DNA from: Eledone cirrhosa
Lineage: Eukaryota
Length of the DNA stretch: 64,000 bases
Direction: 5' to 3'
Assembly (NCBI GenBank): GCA_964016885.1
Contig: OZ024748.1
Location: forward strand, 32,922,001 to 32,986,000
Shown: piece after piece, positions 57,100 through 64,000 of the stretch
Position numbering within the stretch: the first letter of the stretch is position 1
How the letters are laid out: each line of letters begins with the position of its first letter
Program-made: the position numbers and the translations under genes
Notes under the pieces: model-generated
What the model was told of the DNA's origin: nothing
Database searches by the model: none
The model's input: the letters and a program-made list of their open reading frames with translations, nothing else

Positions 57100-59532
57100 A
57101 TGGAAAAACAATATTTGGGAACCTCTTTAAAGAACATACCAATACCTTCTAAGGATGATTTCTTACTCCTTATGATTCAAAAAACTAACCAATTTATCAG
57201 AAGAGTTAGATGGAGGGCCTACCACTTCGATAAAAAATCTAAATATGCAGATAGGAAATATATGTATGATTTCAATACTTACAAGAATCCAGCACACAAC
57301 TCTTTGCTTGAAGACTTTGAGAAAGACCTTTTTAATTTAATTAAACACCTCAAATTTAAAAAGTATAAATCTGTCTTTCAAAAGGACCTTGATTCTACCC
57401 TATTGGACCTAAAAAAGTCTAAAAAAATCCATGTTCACTCGGACAAAACTGGTAACTTGTATCACATGGATATTGAAGATTATAATGAGTTCATATATAA
57501 AGAACTCAGGAAAAATTATAAAAAATCTAATAATGCGTCACTCACCAACATCAACAACAAAACACACAACATAGTAAAAAAAATAAACATTGAAGATAGA
57601 ACTGAACCTTTGGCATTGAAAAGACCACACTTCAACCTGAAGGATCATAAATCAAACTTTAACTCAAATCCTTCTATAAGACTTATATGTCCCTCCAAAT
57701 CTGATATTGGAATAATTAGCAAAAAAATTTTGGATAGAGTCATCCCACAAATAAGAAAACGCGTTATTTTACCACTCTGGGAAAACACTTCCCAGGTAAT
57801 TAACTGGTTTAAAAATATTAGATGTAAATCTTCTGCTTCATTTCTACAATTTGATATAGATAATTACTATTCTTCCATATCACCTATACTCCTGAACAAA
57901 GCATTGATATTTGCTAAAAATAGATCTAACTTAACTTTGGATGACATTAATATTATTACACATGCTAGACTAACACTTATTGAATTTCAGAATGAATACT
58001 GGACCAGAAACACATATAGTAATCTATTTGATATTACTATGGGTTCAAGCGATTCCGCCCAAATTACTGATCTTGTGGGCCTCTTTCTCCTTTTCAACAT
58101 AAATGCCTCCTTTCCCCACCTTAAAGGTGGTTTATATCGTGATGACTGTCTTCTTCTTTCCAACAACCTTAGCCTTTCAGAAATAGAAAAAAACAAAAAG
58201 CATATTAGAACTTTCCTTAAAAACTATTATAGTCTTCATATTACTTTTGAAAAAACAAGTAAAGTAGTAAATTTCCTAGATATAACTTTAGACTTAGCTA
58301 CGGGTATCTACCAACCTTACCATAAACCCAACCAAAACTTACACTACATACACTCACAATCTAATCACCCTAAATCTATCCTTAAAAACCTTGCATATAA
58401 TATATCACTTAGAATTTCTAACCTTTCTTCTAACCAAGATGTATTTGATAAAAATGCGACCTTCTATAACGAAGCTCTAGATAGAAGTGGCCACAAAAAT
58501 AGATTAGAATATATACCTTCTACTAAAAATACTATAAACATACAACCTAATATTACCAACAAACACCAAATGAAAAGTACACACCTAAATGCCACCCACA
58601 CTATACCCAAAAATACCAACTCTTCTAATATAAAGTATAGTAACTCTCAAAAAACTACTCATCATACAACTCTAATAAATGTTAATAATAAAACTCCTAA
58701 TAAACAAGATAAAACACCTAAATCTACAAATCTAACTAAAAATGTGCGTGGTGAGATCATTAACATTAATCCTCCTAGTAAACATCACGATACAACCTAT
58801 AAAAATAATAAACAACATAGAAACCGTAATAGACGGGTTACTTGGTATAATGCTCCATTTAATTTACAAATTAAGGATAATATTGCTAAAAAATTTGTTT
58901 ATATCCTAGAGAAAAACTTCCCGCCAAACCACAAATACCATCAAATCTTAAATAGGTCTACAATTAAATTCTCATACTCAACAACAAATAACATAAAACA
59001 AAATATAAGTGCCTATAATGCATATAAATGTAAGAATACCATAAGTATACCACCAATACATCAAACTAACCATAATATCTCCTCAAATACAGAATTAACG
59101 AAAGGTCGTAACTGTAGAAACAAAGCAAACTGCCCATTAAAAGGAAATTGTCTTGTTAACAACATAGTTTATAAATGTAATGTTAAAACTAAAGATTATA
59201 TTTTTTCATATATAGGAGCTACTTCTAACAATTTTAAGGCAAGGTTTAATACCCACAAACATAGTTTTAAAAATGCTGCACTGGCTAATACAACATCTCT
59301 AGCAGAAAAAATCAATAGTTATAAAAATAAGAATATAGAATATGATTTGACCTGGAGTGTGCTCAAAAGAGCCACCCCTTATCAAAATAATAGAAATGAA
59401 TGTAGATTATGTTCCCAAGAACTATTTGAAATAATGAAATCTAAGGATATCCTATTAAATAAACGACAGGAATTAATTATATCGTGTAATCATAAACTAA
59501 GAAAAACATTTAAATATTATAAACCAAATTAA
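57100..59532 (+). CDS. PLE-B polyprotein (Hydra-clade-like): RT plus C-terminal GIY-YIG, 810 aa from the first ATG
   Basis: SLKNIP, RRVRWRA, SDKTGN, LKDHK, QFDIDNYYSSI, ITMGS, GLYRDD, NFLD, WYNAPF, CPLKGNCL, IVYKC..YIGAT..FKARF..H. The clade label comes from recall of motifs, not from a tree. Confidence 0.92.
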   Translation: MEKQYLGTSLKNIPIPSKDDFLLLMIQKTNQFIRRVRWRAYHFDKKSKYADRKYMYDFNTYKNPAHNSLLEDFEKDLFNLIKHLKFKKYKSVFQKDLDSTLLDLKKSKKIHVHSDKTGNLYHMDIEDYNEFIYKELRKNYKKSNNASLTNINNKTHNIVKKINIEDRTEPLALKRPHFNLKDHKSNFNSNPSIRLICPSKSDIGIISKKILDRVIPQIRKRVILPLWENTSQVINWFKNIRCKSSASFLQFDIDNYYSSISPILLNKALIFAKNRSNLTLDDINIITHARLTLIEFQNEYWTRNTYSNLFDITMGSSDSAQITDLVGLFLLFNINASFPHLKGGLYRDDCLLLSNNLSLSEIEKNKKHIRTFLKNYYSLHITFEKTSKVVNFLDITLDLATGIYQPYHKPNQNLHYIHSQSNHPKSILKNLAYNISLRISNLSSNQDVFDKNATFYNEALDRSGHKNRLEYIPSTKNTINIQPNITNKHQMKSTHLNATHTIPKNTNSSNIKYSNSQKTTHHTTLINVNNKTPNKQDKTPKSTNLTKNVRGEIININPPSKHHDTTYKNNKQHRNRNRRVTWYNAPFNLQIKDNIAKKFVYILEKNFPPNHKYHQILNRSTIKFSYSTTNNIKQNISAYNAYKCKNTISIPPIHQTNHNISSNTELTKGRNCRNKANCPLKGNCLVNNIVYKCNVKTKDYIFSYIGATSNNFKARFNTHKHSFKNAALANTTSLAEKINSYKNKNIEYDLTWSVLKRATPYQNNRNECRLCSQELFEIMKSKDILLNKRQELIISCNHKLRKTFKYYKPN

Positions 59533-60937
59533 TAACATTATTTTAGAATTTAATATATAATTTAATTTAAATGTTAGTTAACCTATAAATTTAATTTAAT
59601 TAAAATTCTACTACAGATGAGATTATAAAATATTGTGTAATCATAAATTGTGAAAAACTTTTAAATATCACTAATATATACTTCGTAAATTAATTTATAG
59701 ATTAATTTTAATTTATTTAACCTTTTATTAAAATTCCTTTACAGATAAAATATAACAAAATATCGTGTATTCAATGACAGAGAAATAATTTTTAGTATTA
59801 TAGACCTAATTAATGTACATTTTAGAAATATATTTATAATTTGGTTTTAAATTTGGTCAACCTAAAAATTTAATTTAATTGGCTTAAAATTAATATCCTA
59901 ATACAGATGGATTGCAGAGTGTCATGTAATCATAGACTGAGATAGGTTTTGGATCCATACCTAGTTAATATATTCTTTGCAATTTTTGAAAAAATATGTA
60001 TATGTATGTATATATATGTATATGTATATATATATATGTATATATATATATGTATATGTATATGTGTATGTATTAATTTTAATTTCTGTTTACCTATAAT
60101 TATATTCTACTATAGATAAAATACAATATCTGTTTTAATTATTATAAACCTAATTAACATATACTATAGAAATTAATATATAATTTTTAATTTAGTTAAC
60201 CTATAATTTATATTCTACTACCGATGTAATACTTTATTTGTTTTTTCCCTATTACTAAATTCATTTCCTAATATTGATACCATAACGTTAATAATTTTAA
60301 TTTAGTTATACTATTATTAATACTCTACTACTATTTAACTTCAAAATTCCGCTTCAAATATTTTAAACCTAAGTAGTATACACCTTAGAAATCAATATAT
60401 TAACTATCCTTAATTTAGTTAACCTATGGTTAATGGTATAATTATATTGAAATGCATAATTTTGCCTTCTTTCTTACATTTCCTAATACTGAAACTATGT
60501 AAACACATATTATGATCTAAATGCAGATTAATATTCTATGTTTCTTGAAACCTATATTTACTATAATCCCCCCACCCCCTCCCCCTCCCCCCCCCTACTA
60601 TTATTATTTGTATTTGTAAGCGTGGATGTATGTATGTATATGTAGGTAGGTATGTATGTTTGGGTGTTTGTATGTGAGTATAAAAATACATATGTGCGCA
60701 TGTAAATAAGGGTGTATGATTGTGTGTATATATATATGTATATATGTATATGTGTATATGTATATATGTGTGTATATATATATATATATGTATATGTGTG
60801 CGTATATATATGTATATATGTATCTATGTATTTATGTGGGTATATGTGTGTATGTATATGTATGCACATGTATATGTCTATGTGTATATGTGTGTATGTG
60901 TATATGTGTACGCATGTGCGCATGTATATGTGAGTGA

Positions 60938-61019
<82 letters not shown>

Positions 61020-61206
61020 TTGTAGTCGATGTGTGTATGTGTGTGTATGTATATATTTATGTGTATGTATATGTATATATATATATATATATGTATATGT
61101 ATGTGTGTATGTATATATATATATGTATATGTATGTGTGTGCATATTTGTCTGACTGTGTGTATTAATTTATTTATTTATTTATTTATCTTATTTCTTTA
61201 TTTTTT

Positions 61207-61237
<31 letters not shown>

Positions 61238-61258
61238 ATATATATGTATATATATATA

Positions 61259-61297
<39 letters not shown>

Positions 61298-61631
61298 ATG
61301 TGTGTGTATGTGTGTGTATATATATGTATGTGTGTATGTATGTGTATGTATGTGTGTTTTTGTGTGTGTACGTGTGTATATATTTATATATATATATATG
61401 TATCTCTATTTATATATGTATATATGTGTATGTATATCCCTTTATTTATGTATGTCTGAGTTGTGTGAGCGTGTGGTGGTGTTTGTATGTATATACGCTT
61501 ACATGGATGTGTATGTATGTGTATATATGCGTATATGTATGTGTGTATGTGTGTGTGAGTATATATGTATGTCTATGTAAGAGTATGTATGTGTGTGTAT
61601 GTATGTGTGTATATATATGTATGTGTGTATA

Positions 61632-61694
<63 letters not shown>

Positions 61695-61778
61695 TATGTG
61701 TGTGTGTGTGTGTATATATATCTTTATATATATGTATGCGTATGTGTGTGTATGTGTGTGTCTATATATATATATATA

Positions 61779-61819
<41 letters not shown>

Positions 61820-61881
61820 TTATATGTGGGTATGTATGTGTATGTGTGTATATACATGAGTGTGTTTATATATGTGTGTAG

Positions 61882-61929
<48 letters not shown>

Positions 61930-62158
61930 GTGTGTTGTGAATGTATGTGTATATATATGTATGCGTATATGTGTATATATATATATATGTGTGTATATGT
62001 GTATATGTCTATGTATTTATATGTGTATATGTATGTGTCTCTATATGTATGCGTGTGTGTATGTATATGTGTATTTATATGGTGTGTGTATGTATATGTA
62101 TGTGTATGTATGTGTTTGTGTATATGTGTATGTATATGTATATGTATGTATATGTATG

Positions 62159-62215
<57 letters not shown>

Positions 62216-63134
62216 ATCGATGTATATTTTATATTTTACTTGTTTATATATGTGTGTATGTATAAATATATGTGTATATATATATATGTGTGTGTGTATG
62301 TATATATATTATATATATATATTTTCTTGATATATTTCTTTTTTCTTTTTCTTTTCTTTTTATTTCTAAGTTTATAGATACATTTATAAATAGGCAGTCT
62401 GCTGACACCGGTGAATACTGACCTCTCCCCCCCCCACCTACTTTCTGTATCTGGATCTAAATGTGTGTGGCAGTGTTTATGTGCGCGCATTAATATCCAT
62501 ATGCTTATGATAATAGTATATACACACATATATATGTGTGTGGGGGTGTATGTGTGTATGTATGTTCGTGGTTGTGTGTATGTGTATGCGTATACGCGCG
62601 TGTGTGTGTGAATGTACGTATATGTGTGACTATATGAATGTGTGTATATATTTATTTTATATTTATATATGTGTGTACGTATTTTATCTGTAGATTATAA
62701 ACATACAGAGACATTAGCCTTGAATTTTTGTATTTACATACATCTTTTTGGCAAGCGTATGCATGTGAACATATATCTTTATGCATATCTGTGAACGAAG
62801 TTACTTATATGCATTTTATACACACACCTAACTGTATAAACTTTTTGTATTTTCATTGGTCAATTTGAACTCTGTTCCCAAACAGACCTGTAATTTTGAA
62901 TTGTTGTTATTATCAATAAATATATTTCATTATTCCTGAAGACGGCATATATATGTGTTTGGTATGTATATTTAATTTTGATAGTTTGTATAATTTTGTA
63001 TAATTTTGTACATAGATCTGTTGAATATGCATGCCAATTCTAACACATATATATCCTAGAAACGATCGTTAAATAATGAACTTTTTTTGTTTAATATAAG
63101 GAACTGTTTCATTGTTTTATTCATTATTTTTTTA

Positions 63135-63141
<7 letters not shown>
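59533..63141 (+). mobile_element. PLE-B 3.6-kb 3' region (degenerate repeats, microsatellite tract, pLTR)
   Basis: Colinear with 17825-21636 on the minus strand. Confidence 0.88.
62926..63080 (+). ncRNA. HHR with 116-nt stem II (PLE-B)
   Basis: As 24104-24258, with a T>C change at the core-proximal stem I pair. Confidence 0.72.
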
Positions 63142-63170
<29 letters not shown>

Positions 63171-63173
<3 letters not shown>

Positions 63174-64000
63174 GGTGCTGACGATATGTGTTCGCAATTT
63201 TCAACTGCTACTCTTATGCAAATTTTTTTAACTTCCGTTGTCAGTCTTGTCTTCATAAAAACAGTGACTATATTTCCATTATTTATTTTCAAAATAATTG
63301 ATTATGAATAATTTTGAACCTCCAAATTTGTGGAAGAGACACGGACTTCTTCTTGGAATCCGCGCCGAGAGGACAAATAAGGCCAGAAGATCAACTCCCA
63401 GAACAACAGGTGGCTCGCTGTCTCATCCAAAGACGTGCCCTGAGTCATGCAGACAAAGTTTCCAGCGACAACATTGGTCTTAGGTGTCATCAGCGGTCAA
63501 GTTGACGTCGTGCCACCTCACTTCTTCCCTGAGGGCCTCAAGCTGAACACCAATGGCTACATCCGCGTTCTGAGCGAGGTAGTAAAGCCCTGGATCGACG
63601 AGGTAGCTGCAGGTTAGCCGTACGTATGGCAGCAAGACTCAGCGCCCTGCCATACCAGCCGAAAGACCCAAGCCTGGTTGTCAGAGAACTTCGTCGACCA
63701 CACTTCACTTGACATCTGGCCTCCCAGCTCGCCTGACTGCAACCCCCTCGACTTCTTTGTGTGGAGCGCAGTGGAACGGGACACTAACAGATCTAGGTGC
63801 AATACGAAAGACGATCTGAAGGCCAGGATCACAAGTGCCTTTAGGGGCCTAAGTCGGGGGACAGTGACGAAGGACTGTAGCCGGTTCCGAGGCCGCCTTG
63901 AGGCCATCACTAAAGCCAATGGTGGGTTTATCGAGTGAGATCGAAAGAACAAGTCATGAAGACAAACTGACCCGAGTTTGATAAATAAATCTTAAAAAAT
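63171..64000 (+). mobile_element. Tc1/mariner DD37D (maT) transposon, internally deleted and degenerate
   Basis: TA|CAGGGTG terminus. WQQDSAPCH...WPPSSPDCNPLD has 37 residues between the last two catalytic Asp. In-frame stops are present. Confidence 0.85.

Noticed and set aside
57100-59532. Naiad-type selenoprotein PLE
   Set aside because: The EN is C-terminal and the ORF has no in-frame TGA.
55715-63141. DNA transposon or Polinton with 1.2-kb TIRs
   Set aside because: The enclosed ORF is RT plus GIY-YIG and the arms are unequal copies of the element's 3' end, which is the inverted pLTR pattern.
63175-63215. ctgacga near the maT terminus as a hammerhead core
   Set aside because: No correctly placed GAAA or closing stems were found.

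Overview
AT-rich animal genomic DNA dominated by (TA)n/(CA)n microsatellites. The C2H2 zinc-finger paralogues, SINEs and RTE fragments suggest an octopus or other cephalopod (inference). Host content is two duplicated minus-strand C2H2 zinc-finger loci (29990-30760 intact; 45827-46771 truncated). Most of the rest is mobile DNA: an intact 1210-aa Penelope-like element (PLE-A, RT plus C-terminal GIY-YIG) in tandem/inverted arrangement, an intact ~810-aa Hydra-clade-like PLE (PLE-B) with a dead second copy, further PLE remnants, non-autonomous Helitrons, a Merlin-type MITE, LINE fragments and a DD37D (maT) transposon. The main result of reading the DNA by eye is about 20 type I hammerhead ribozyme (HHR) motifs from about 8-9 unrelated repeat families. 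Most lie in inverted-repeat insertions into (TA)n. They include atypical forms: stem II extended into 92-116-nt rod-like hairpins, a family with a fixed CAGA (U4A) core, and a 424-450-nt non-coding retrozyme-like unit. All RNA structures were paired manually and none was tested computationally or biochemically. The many Y/I/C/V/H/T-rich ORFs are microsatellite artefacts.
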